A DNA stretch of 64,000 nucleotides. Origin: Octopus vulgaris. Its lineage: Eukaryota. Below, in pieces: positions 30,680 to 41,510 of this stretch. The position numbers and the translations under genes are program-made. The notes beneath the pieces are model-generated. The model had not been told where the DNA came from. It saw only the letters and a program-made list of their open reading frames with translations, and searched no databases. Positions within the stretch are counted from its first letter, which is position 1. The number at the start of each line of letters is the position of its first letter. The stretch covers positions 75,206,001 to 75,270,000 of the forward strand of contig OX597820.1 in the NCBI GenBank assembly GCA_951406725.2, read 5' to 3'.

Positions 30680-31294
30680 CACATCTCTCTCTTTCTCTCT
30701 CTCTCTCTCTCCCTCTCTCTCTCTCATACACACATACACACTCATTCTTTCTTTCTCTCTCTAACACACATTCTCCTACTTTCACTTTCACTTTCCAGCT
30801 ATAACTATTTCTCTCTTTCTCTCTCTCTCTTTCTCTCATAAAACGTTTCATAAAACCCAGCTCTCTTTATCTTTCTTTCTCCTCCTCTCTCTCTTTCTCT
30901 CAACTTTCCTTTACGTTTTACATCTACTTCCATTACAAGTTTTTTATCTCTCTCTCTTTCTCTCTCTCTCATACTCTTACCACGCTCTCACATTCTCTCT
31001 CTCCTTTTAAACATGGACATATTCTATTAGGATGGTCATTAATGGAATATGTCCATACTAAATAAAACTAAAAGAAAAATAGACACACCCACTCCCACTC
31101 CTATCGCCACGTGTTTCAGCTGCTTTCATAATTCGTTTAATTAATTACTTTATTCCTCTATATTTGCATTAGTACCTCTTGTAGCATTATCATTCTTATC
31201 ATGGACATTACTAGTACTACTACAACTTTAAGTAGTAGTTGTTGTTGTTGTTGTAGTGGTGGTGGTGGTAGTAGTAGTAGTTGTTGTTGTCGTT

Positions 31295-31339
<45 letters not shown>

Positions 31340-31470
31340 ATTGTGGTAGCAGTAGCAGCAGTAAAAGTAATAATGATCTGTTACATCAGCATAAGACTTC
31401 AAAGAAGAGAGCGAGGGAGAGAGAGAGGGGGGGCAGAGAGGGAGAGAGTGAGAGAAGAAGAGATAGAGTA
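30680..31470. repeat. (CT)n-rich tract, (AGT/GTT/GGT)n and (GA)n upstream of HS3ST
   Basis: Directly visible simple repeats. Confidence 0.88.
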
Positions 31471-31619
31471 AAAAAACAGAAAGAGAATATAATCAATGAT
31501 GGAACCGAACTAGTGTTTACTTTGGTGACATATCTTGGTATATAAAAATCAAAGTCAATACTAACAGGACTTGAAATCGCAACATAAAGATATGTAGCTA
31601 ACTAATATAAATAAATTTA

Positions 31620-31781
31620 GGCTTGGCTTGGCTCTGTGGTTAAGAAGCTCGCTTCGCAACCATCTTAGTTCGGGTTCTGTTCCATTGCACAGCAACTTAG
31701 TCAAATGTCTTCTGCTGTAACACGGATTTACAACGCCCTGTAAGTGAATTCAGTAAGCGGTAACCCGTTGAAGTCTATCGC

Positions 31782-31849
<68 letters not shown>

Positions 31850-32200
31850 GTCTATCTGTCTATCTATCTATCTATCAACCTATCTGTGTGTGTGCGTGCA
31901 TGTTTATATAAATATACATATCTACGTATGTATGTAGATATGGGTATGTCTTTTTATTCGGGTTTATCTTCGCCCCACTGCTTCTCATCAGACGCTAGTA
32001 TGCTCAAATCTCCGCTATATGGGTCTTTCACAATGAGAATGAGGCATAAAAGCTATATAAGGAGTGGCAGTGTGGTAAGAAGCTTGCTTCCTAGCCACAT
32101 GGTTCTAGGTTCAGTCCCATTGCATGGCAGCTTGGGCTGACTAAGGCTTTGTGAGTGGATCCGGTAGGCGGAAACTGAAAGAAGCTCGTCGTATATATAT
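31620..32200 (+). mobile_element. Two SINE family B copies (31620-32050 diverged; 32060-32200 5' part)
   Basis: Heads tggctctgtggttaagaagc and gtggcagtgtggtaagaagc with B-box-like motifs. Confidence 0.65.
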
Positions 32201-32530
32201 GTATATATATATGTACCGGAGAGTAAGCACATAGATGTGAAACAAGGTGGAAAAAAGAGTACTCAAATGCCAGAGGTAGAGTAATATGCTTTATATAAAA
32301 GCAGCTGAAATATAACAAATCTTTATGTCACGCACCTTTGCAGGTGTTGTTAATTCAATGGAAAGAATGAGATAATGTGCAACAAAACGTTTGATTGCTG
32401 TAAGTAAATCATCTGTTTGGTTGTTCAGCAAAAAATGTAACACCCTCTTCGTCTAATGGGAACATACAGTTATTTATATTTACACACACACACATATATA
32501 TATACATATACATATATATATATATATATA

Positions 32531-32741
32531 TGTAAGACCAGTCTTACAGATGTTTCCAGGATATTAATTATATCCCTTCATCGGAGACGGTGTGAGAAAA
32601 TGTTTAAGCAATAGTTTAGATAAGATACGAAATAGAGAGTGAAGTGGAGGAATGAAAATAGATGTGAGATATGCAGGGATATTGCATTTGTAGATCCATT
32701 ATTTGGGCAGAATGGTATACATATAAGATTCCAATACCTTA

Positions 32742-32745
<4 letters not shown>
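32531..32745 (-). mobile_element. Shorter copy of the same pLTR-like family inside (TA)n
   Basis: Aligns with 54030-54240, has (TA)n on both sides, and ends in an 8-bp fold-back tgtaagac-ca-gtcttaca. Confidence 0.6.
32541..32588 (-). ncRNA. Second copy of the 54-kb hammerhead (stem III loop mutated)
   Basis: gucu-CCGAUGA-agggauau.aauua.auauccug-GAAA-CAUCUG-UA-agac. Flanking sequence is homologous to 54030-54240. Confidence 0.6.
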
Positions 32746-32794
<49 letters not shown>

Positions 32795-32880
32795 TATATT
32801 TGTGTGTGATATTTATACATGAATACAAGTGTACCCGTGTACCATTGTCTACACATCACATGATGTGTTTAAAGGTATAT

Positions 32881-32912
<32 letters not shown>

Positions 32913-33495
32913 CACGCTAGTGTCAGAGTGAATGAGAGCTCAACACGGCATTAGTGCATAAAATTTCTTCAATTGTAGATTAAAAGCGATATGAATAGTT
33001 TAATGTCAAAAAGGTCTCTATAACTTTCAAGCGATCCACTTGGGATGTTTATAATCGTCTTCAAAATGAAGATGAAATTTATTAAATTTTTTATCATCTT
33101 CTCGAAAGTATACGCACAACTGTGAAAGCGATATATATTCAAAAGCATACCCCATTTTTTAGAGATCCATCCTATTCTTTTGATGTACGCAGCAATGTAC
33201 GAGCTGTCGTCATTAACAAACAACTTAATAACGTCGAAAGATATAGGATGGAACTGCAGCCTTATATTTTTGAGTCGCTCTGTGCTTGAAGACCATTGCA
33301 ATTTGGACGACTTCGCTCCTCAACCCTTTGCTCCGATAGTTCTCAGGATAATCCCATGTATCTCGGCGCTCATTCCCCTCTGTTTATTCTGGGATATATG
33401 AAGAGACTCTTCACACTTGACGTTCACAGTTAATACCTCTTTCATTAGATTTACATTTTAAGATATTTTTCATGAATTTAACGCTGTAGGTATCA

Positions 33496-34022
33496 TCGAG
33501 TAAGGATGATAGTCCAGTGATGAGGAAGTGAAAACTGTAGTGAAGAAGTGACTCAAAAGACAGTCAGCAGAATTTTACGGGGCAGAGATACATGCTCTCG
33601 TTCGAAGGTGAAACATTGCTATCGAGAGAAACGGTGACTACGTTGAGCAGTAGGGATGTGATCCACAGAAGACCAGCTTCTTTTTGATGCATGATACAAG
33701 TTTCTGTGTTGGTAATTATACCTGTCCTAAACAAAATGGCGTTACTTTTTGACTCAAAGCAATTTCAAATAGATTAATGAATTAATTCGCTTTTAACGGT
33801 GAAATACGTAGTCGATAAAGTGATAGATAGAAGCATGTAGTTACTGGGTAAAAACAAAGACACACTTTGCATTGAAACAACCGAAAATAGGCACATGGAA
33901 CACGAACCTAAATCTTCTGTTAATAAGACAGTCATTTCTTCCATTTCAGGTTTCTTATTACCAACGAACGTTCTACATTCTCTACGTCATAGAGTTAAGA
34001 AACTTCGAAAGAACGGGCAGCC
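33496..34022 (+). repeat. Inverted duplication arm (mariner 3' end plus flanking DNA); partner at 36114-36641
   Basis: ~527 bp that are the reverse complement of 36114-36641, with only scattered substitutions. Confidence 0.9.
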
Positions 34023-34566
34023 GGGCAGTAAGAACGGGCAGTATAATAGATTTCTTTTAAGTTATTTTGTTATTTTTGTCTTTCTAAAAAGTAAATTACA
34101 ATTCATTTATAAAACATCCTGTACGTCCCACAAAACATTTAAACTAATAGAAACTATTGAAATATTTTGTCGTGTACAAGGTGAAGTAATCTCCTCATTG
34201 CAGATTATGAAATTAGACATAATACGAAGCAAATTTTTTGCACAACTTTTTTTAAAATTTTATTTGCCGAAATTGGTGTCGGTTGATGGAGGAATGTTTC
34301 ACAAGACTATTGTATACTGGTGTGGTCTAATTTGTCGGGAAAAAGCCTGAATAGGCAGCATTTAAGTGCTTCAAAGTACAGAGTATTTCCTTTGAATAGC
34401 TAATTTTTTTAATGAAATCCATGATTAATACGTCACGCAATCACTGACACATTCAGGTATTTATCCGTTATACACACATATATGTGCGCGCGTGTGTGTG
34501 TGCATGTGTGTATACATAGATACATATGTACATATACATAAATGTATGCATATATATATATGTGTG

Positions 34567-34611
<45 letters not shown>

Positions 34612-34651
34612 CTTTATTTAAAAGCAGGAGAAATATAACAAAAGCTGTTAC

Positions 34652-34892
34652 AACCTAAATTTGAGACGCCAGCAAAAGAAGAGACACAGAGACTTTTTCT
34701 ATTCCAAAGAAAAACGATTTTATTCATTTTATCGATCGCATTCTCACCTGGAATCGATTTTGTAATTTTTTCAAGACTTATACACACCCTGATACTGTTG
34801 GTATCTTCATATCAAATTTGAGCGCAATCAGATGGAGGATGCCCGAGATCCTAGAAGACACACACAGAGACAGACAGAACGGATTTTATATG

Positions 34893-34895
<3 letters not shown>
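34652..34895 (+). mobile_element. Probable non-autonomous Helitron-like 3' fragment
   Basis: aaatttgagcgcaatcagatg...(gaca)n...ttttatat end, a layout typical of small rolling-circle elements. Weak evidence. Confidence 0.35.
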
Positions 34896-34963
<68 letters not shown>

Positions 34964-35027
34964 TATATCTATCTAGCTATCTAGCTATCTCTCTCTATAT
35001 ATATACATACATACATACATACATATA

Positions 35028-35123
<96 letters not shown>

Positions 35124-36377
35124 GGTATATATATATATATACATATGTCTGCGTGCGTGTGTGTGTGTTTCATTCCTTTTTTATCTTTTGTTAGCGAGTT
35201 TGTTGGTGTGAATTCCAGTTTGAAACTTATATCGTTGTATCGTTGAAAGGTCATTACGCCAACAATAAAAACAGTCACTGGTTCTCTTTCAAGTCGTTTA
35301 TTATTATTGTTCCACTATTTAGCAGTTTACCCAATAAAATTGATTGTTTGTTTGATTAATCACTCAGTCAATTAATCGATTAAAATGTTAAAATATTAAC
35401 TAGTGGACTAATAATTGAAAAAAAAAACAAAATAGAAAAAAACAGAAAATAGAAAAAAGTGAAAGACAAACATTGAGTGTGTCTATTATTTGCATAACGA
35501 CCCTACCGAGATACAACAGTGCATTTATATACATACATGCATACATGCACACACACACACATGTATATCTTAGAGTTTATACGTTTAGTAAATCAGTGCA
35601 GTTCACTCTTCTGTTATACAACTATTTCACTATTAGTCAGGAAACTGAATTTGTTAGCAAATGTTTCGATATAAACAAGTCATTAGCATATATGTTAGAT
35701 CTTCTGCTCCATATGATTGATTTCTAACTTCTTTGATGAATCGAATATATCTATAAGGATTTGAAACATATTTGAATATTCAATAACATCTTTGAGAATT
35801 CTTTGAAAATCGAATGACTCTTAGCAAAAATACTTAAATCGTCCATCGCTAGAATGGTGATATCTATTATAGTTTAAAAGCCTATATTACGCTCTTCATT
35901 TCTCGATTTTATTCTTAGTGCTTAATATCGTTGTGAAGTTTTGTTATATCAATTCGTATTAGATGTGTTTGGCAATGTATTTATATATTCATTAATGTTT
36001 AGATCATATGAATTTGGAAACTTCGAGTCAATGTGAAATAATTCATATTTAACGGAGAAACGTAAAGTAGATAAAGCTATGCAAAGATAGCATTGAGGGT
36101 AGAAAAAGTCAAAGGCTGCCAGTTATTTCGAAGATTCTTAACTCTATTACGTAGAGAATGTAGAACGTTCGTTGGTAATAAGAAACCTGAAATGGAAGAA
36201 ATGACTGTCTTATTAACAGAAGATTTAGGTTCGTGTTCCATGTGCCTATTTTCGGTTGTTTCAATGCAAACTGTGTCTTTTTTTTGACCCAGTAACTACA
36301 TGCTTCTATCTATCACTTTATCGACTACGTATTTCACCGTTAAAAGCAGATTAATTCATTAGTCTATTTGAAATTGC

Positions 36378-36942
36378 TTTGAGTAAAAAAGTAACGCCAT
36401 TTTGTTTAGGACAGGTATAATTACCAACACAGAAACTTGTATCATGCATCAAAAAGAAGCTGGTCTTCTGTGGATCACATCCCTACTGCTCAACGTAGTC
36501 ACCGTTTCTCTCGATAGGAATGTTTCACCTTCGAATGAGAGCATGTATCTCTGCCCCGTTAAAATTCTGCTGACTGTCCTTTGAGTCATTTCTTCACTAT
36601 AGTTTTCACTTCCTCATCACTGGACTATCATCCTTACTCGACTATCATCTCTTCGAACCCATGAAAGAGGATTTGAGAGGTAAACATTATTCCAGTGATG
36701 AGGAAGTGAAAACTGTAGTGAAGAAGTGGATCAAAATGCAGTCAAAATAATTTTACGAGGCAGGGATACATGCTCTCATTCGAAGGCGTAACATTGCTAT
36801 TCAGAGAAACGGTGACTATGTTGAGCAGTAGAGATGTGATCCACAGAGGACCAGCTTCATTTTGATGTATGATACATGTTCCTGTGTTGGTAATTATACC
36901 TGTCCTAAACAAGATAGCGTTACTTTTTGACTCACCCTCGTA
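36378..36942. mobile_element. Palindromic mariner derivative made of two head-to-head 3' ends
   Basis: 36640-36942 (+) encodes DYHLFEPMKEDLRGKHYSSDEEVKTVVKKW...FYEAGIHALIRR...NGDYVEQ* and ends in the TIR ttactttttgactcaccctcgta. 36378-36625 is an inverted, diverged copy of the same 3' end. Confidence 0.8.
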
Positions 36943-37091
36943 GAATCATATCTTTAAGTACTTATACGTGATATCGTGTGATGGTGTAAACATCTACCCA
37001 TAAGTAATTTTAAACTTATTCCCGCATTTACATATCTGAAATGAAACTTGATCTCCGAATGTGAGTTTGTCGTCTTTCAACGAGTCTACTT

Positions 37092-37134
<43 letters not shown>

Positions 37135-37384
37135 AGCGCGTGCGCGTGCGTGTGTGTGTGTCCATGTATGTATGGATGAATGTTCTTCTCTTTCCTATAT
37201 TAATTTAGAATAAATTTATCTCGATCGGCCACCTTCTTGGTAGCAAGCCTGTGAAGAAAAGCATTTCCTTTTGTTCATCATCCTTTAGAAGCTCTAGCAG
37301 ATTTTTACCGTCCTAGATATCTCGATCATTTGTAGTGTATGAATTAGGAATTTGGGCTTTCTCCCCAAAAAACTAAGTTCAACC

Positions 37385-37555
37385 ATACTTTACTCCAGTA
37401 GGGTTGGTAGGTATCCTTTTGCTCCAATTATAATGAATATCAAGCTGAAAGTGCATCTCGGGTACCAGATTTGCAAACACCTTATCAATTGTCCATAGAC
37501 GCCCTCTTTCACTTGTCCTCTTTCGAACCATATCAGTGTCCAGAGAGCATGTATG
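37385..37555 (-). pseudogene. RLE-type (R4/Dong-like) non-LTR retrotransposon endonuclease fragment, copy 1
   Basis: VKEGVYGQLIRCLQIWYPRCTFSLIFIIIGAKGYLPTLL resembles the K..KY..L......P..IGALG.P tail of restriction-like endonucleases. Confidence 0.6.
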
Positions 37556-38499
37556 CACCAATTTATTAATTTTTTTTTTATATGTGTCTGGCGCCACATA
37601 AGTTTTTATGCGTGAGTTTCTCTCTGTGTGCCTGAATTTGTATCTGTTATTATATTTAATTATGTACTTGAATGTATGCATTTGTCCGTTATGTCTAATG
37701 TATATTATTTGTCTCACTGTATGTGTACTTATAAATGCCCATTTGTATGTCTCTCTACGCATTTGTATATCAATTCTGCTGTTATTTCTGTTTTACTAAA
37801 CGCAAACTTAACAGGGAGCTGTCGCTTTTAAATACAGTTGAATCGTTTACTCCATTTTGCAATGGATCTCCTTTACTGTAAATTCCGGATCGTCTAGAGA
37901 CACGTGAATATGCAAGACTAGAAAAAACGTGTCATCTTTATATTAGACTTACAACAGACTTTTGACAATGCTAAACTCTAATTACAGACCACGAGAAGGA
38001 AATTAAATATGACCCTGTAATTATATTTCATTCCACCTAGGATCAGGAATTACCCAAGAATGTGCACGATACCCGTAAAGCACACCAAAAGAAAATAAAA
38101 ATCAAATAAACAAACAACAGGACGTTAATAACGAGCAGACATCATCAGCAACCATGTCTTTATAGGGAATAACATTTAACTTCCCTTCCTAAGTAAGCCC
38201 ATATTCAAGGTTACAGAACCTAGACATTTCTCAGTCACATGAACGAAGACAACTCTCCTTCAAATTGTCATATCCGACCTAGACATGTATTTATTATATT
38301 TAAATATTACATTGTCAGTCAATGGTCGATATTTAGTATTATTGCATAATTTTATGCCTCAGTATTTAGAATGCTTAAGGCAGCGCGCTGACAGAATAGC
38401 TAACATGCCGGGGAAAGTGCTTATCGACATTTCGCCAATCTTTGTGCTCTGAGCTCAAATACCATAAAATTTGAAACAAAGTTTAAAATAAAGTTTAAT

Positions 38500-38663
38500 G
38501 TGGTGAACTGGCAGAATGGTTAGCTCTGGACAAAATAATTAGCGGCATTTTTCCATCCTTAGTTTCTGAGTTCAAATTCAGCCGAGATCGACTTTGCCTT
38601 TCATTATTTCGAAATCGATAAAATAAGTACGATTTGAGTACTGGGCATCAATGTAATCGACTA
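38500..38663 (+). mobile_element. SINE family A, interrupted by the SINE at 38667
   Basis: Head, B-box and core are present; tail absent. Confidence 0.72.
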
Positions 38664-38666
38664 CTA

Positions 38667-38966
38667 GTGGAGGCACATGGCCTAGTGGTTAGAGCAGCGG
38701 ACTCCCGGTCGAGGGATCGCGGGTTCGAATCTCAGACCAGGCGATGTGTGTGTTTTTGAGTGAAACACCTAAGCTCCACGCGGCTCCGGAAGAAGATAAT
38801 GGCGGACTTCTGCTGACTCATTCGCCACAAATTACTCTCACTCTTTCCTCCTGCATCTTGCAGCTCACCTGCGACGGACCAGCGTCCCGTCTGGGTGGGG
38901 AACCTATACGCCAAGGAAACCGGGAAACCGGCTCCTATGAGCCAGGCATGGCTTGAGATGGAACAA
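38667..38966 (+). mobile_element. tRNA-derived SINE family D (V-domain-like 3' region)
   Basis: A box tggcctagtgg, B box ggttcgaatct, 3' region cctgcgacggaccagcgtcccgtctggg...ggaaaccggg. GC-rich. Confidence 0.8.
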
Positions 38967-39034
38967 TCTACTGCCTATAGTACAAAGGAATATTTAAAAT
39001 GTTTGTGCGTCTATTAGGTTAGATCTAGGACTGA

Positions 39035-39205
39035 CAGAGAATACTTTGGTCCAGACGGGTTGGTATGTATCCTATTGCTCCAATAATCACGGGTATGAAG
39101 CTGAAAGTGTATCCTGGGTATTGGATTTACAAAGTTATTGATGATCCCTAGATAACTTCTTTCACTTGTAATTTTCGAACCACATTAGTATACAGAGTGC
39201 ACGTA
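39035..39205 (-). pseudogene. RLE-type (R4/Dong-like) endonuclease fragment, copy 2
   Basis: CTLYTNVVRKLQVKEVI*...QYPGYTFSFIPVIIGAIGYIPTRL. Diverged direct repeat of 37385-37555. Confidence 0.62.
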
Positions 39206-40095
39206 TGTATATATGAATGTATGTATGTATATATGTACGTATGTGTATGAGTACGTGTGTGTGAGTGCGTGTGTGTGAGTATGTGTGTATGTGTGTATGT
39301 GTGTGTGTATGTGTGCGTGTGTGTGTGTGTATGTGTATGTGTGTATACTAGTAATTTCTAAGTCGAACAAACAAAAATGAATATCTTTCGCTGATGAGAT
39401 TTAAGAAGATTGAAACCCAGCAGTTGCTTTCTCCACGTGGCTTTAAAAATAAGATCTATTCCATTCGCTGCCTTTTTCCAAAGTTATAAATGTTTTTTCA
39501 CTTGCTTGTTTTTCTTTTATCTTTATTCCCGACTTGCATAACTTTAATAATCCAATTTTTTCAACTCATACTATCAACCGCATAAGATCGTTCGCCAATT
39601 TGTGATATTGTCTTACTATGACGCTATTTCTATTTCCATAGATGCCCAATAATGTAAATGTTTATCGGTTAGTAACAGGATAAAATATATGTCTGGCGTA
39701 AACGGAAGAGCGCAGTTTAGTCCACTTACATCATTCATTATGTAAGGCGGTAATTGCAAATTTTCTGACCACTTACACATAAAATCGCAAGTAATTTCAT
39801 GAATTTGCTTGACATTTTAGAATAACTAAGCCTAATTATAACTAGCACCTTCATTTTTAATTGCTTTGTCGGTCTCCAGTGTAGCATGAGATAAGATGGG
39901 TTCCCAGGTCATCACTGAGAACAGCTGTGTTGTTATCAATTATGGAGCATTTAGGATTTTAAGGTATGCTGCCCTCACACGTAAATATCATGTCTTCCAA
40001 ATTTAGTGATTATCTTCCTGTTACATACTGGTGCTGTTGTCATAAGGGGCTAGCAAAATATCTACAAAGAGATTGATACTGATTGTCCCAATGGT

Positions 40096-40098
<3 letters not shown>

Positions 40099-40163
<65 letters not shown>

Positions 40164-40338
40164 CTGCGTGAGCGCAAGCGCGCCTACATACGTGTAAACA
40201 CAGACTTGTACACACAAACACACAGATATAAACGTAGGAATATATTTAGATATATATACATATATATAAATAAATATGTAAATATATATATTCATATATA
40301 TATGTGTGTATATATATATATATACATATATATGTGTG

Positions 40339-40369
<31 letters not shown>

Positions 40370-41296
40370 GCATATACATATGTATATATGCATATATATA
40401 TGTATACATATATGTATATAGATAAATGTACATATATATATATATATATATATCCATATATGTATATAAACACACACATATATATATACATATATGCACC
40501 TATATACATATATACATATATAGAAAATATTTGTATAAATATATGTATATGTATATATATATATACATATACATACACATATATATATATCATATACATG
40601 CATGTATACACACTTACACGCATATATTTATCATGACTATTATTTTCTATGTGAATCATGGTTATTAACAATGGCACATTGATGAATTCAACTAGAATCT
40701 ATTAATGAGAAATCAAACAATAGCTTAATTAATTTCACAACATTAATGCAGTATCAGATTATATCTGATAATTGGTAGGAAATGGCTAAACAGAATTAAA
40801 TACAAAGTGTCAATGAGAATTGATCGTCTGACGACAATTTCAAATTAGCGATGTAATCATTAGAACAAAACGATATGTAAATGCAACCGTTTATAAAGTT
40901 TAGTATTAGTGAAAGAGAGAAGTCGCTACGTACAGTTGGACCTCTGAGACGTAGGAGTCAAATCGTATCGACATTGCACGTTGCAGTGTCAAAGAAGAGA
41001 GATAATAGATATGGACGCCACAGACATATATATGTATATGTATAAATCGAGCTCTATCACTTTCTATTTCTTTATCTGTGTGTGTGTGCATGTGTGTGTG
41101 TGCTTGTGTGTGTGTGTGTGTGCGCGTGCGTATAAACACATTCACATATATCTTTCTATATACATATACGTAACGTGTGTGTGTATGTGTGTGGGTTTGA
41201 GTGTGAATGTCTGTCTGTACGTACGTATGTATGTATATGTATATATGTATATATGGATGTATGTAATGATAAATAGATAGAGAGATAGAAAGATTG

Positions 41297-41362
<66 letters not shown>

Positions 41363-41382
41363 TGATTGATAAATAGATAGAA

Positions 41383-41423
<41 letters not shown>

Positions 41424-41440
41424 CATACATACAGACAGAC

Positions 41441-41509
<69 letters not shown>

Positions 41510-41510
41510 T
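40099..41510. repeat. Microsatellite cluster (CA)n, (TA)n-rich, (TG)n, (GA)n, (GATA)n
   Basis: Directly visible; two blocks separated by ~400 bp of non-repetitive DNA. Confidence 0.92.

Noticed and set aside
32969-33401. 110-aa and 73-aa ORFs left of the inverted duplication
   Set aside because: No recognisable homology or splice context.
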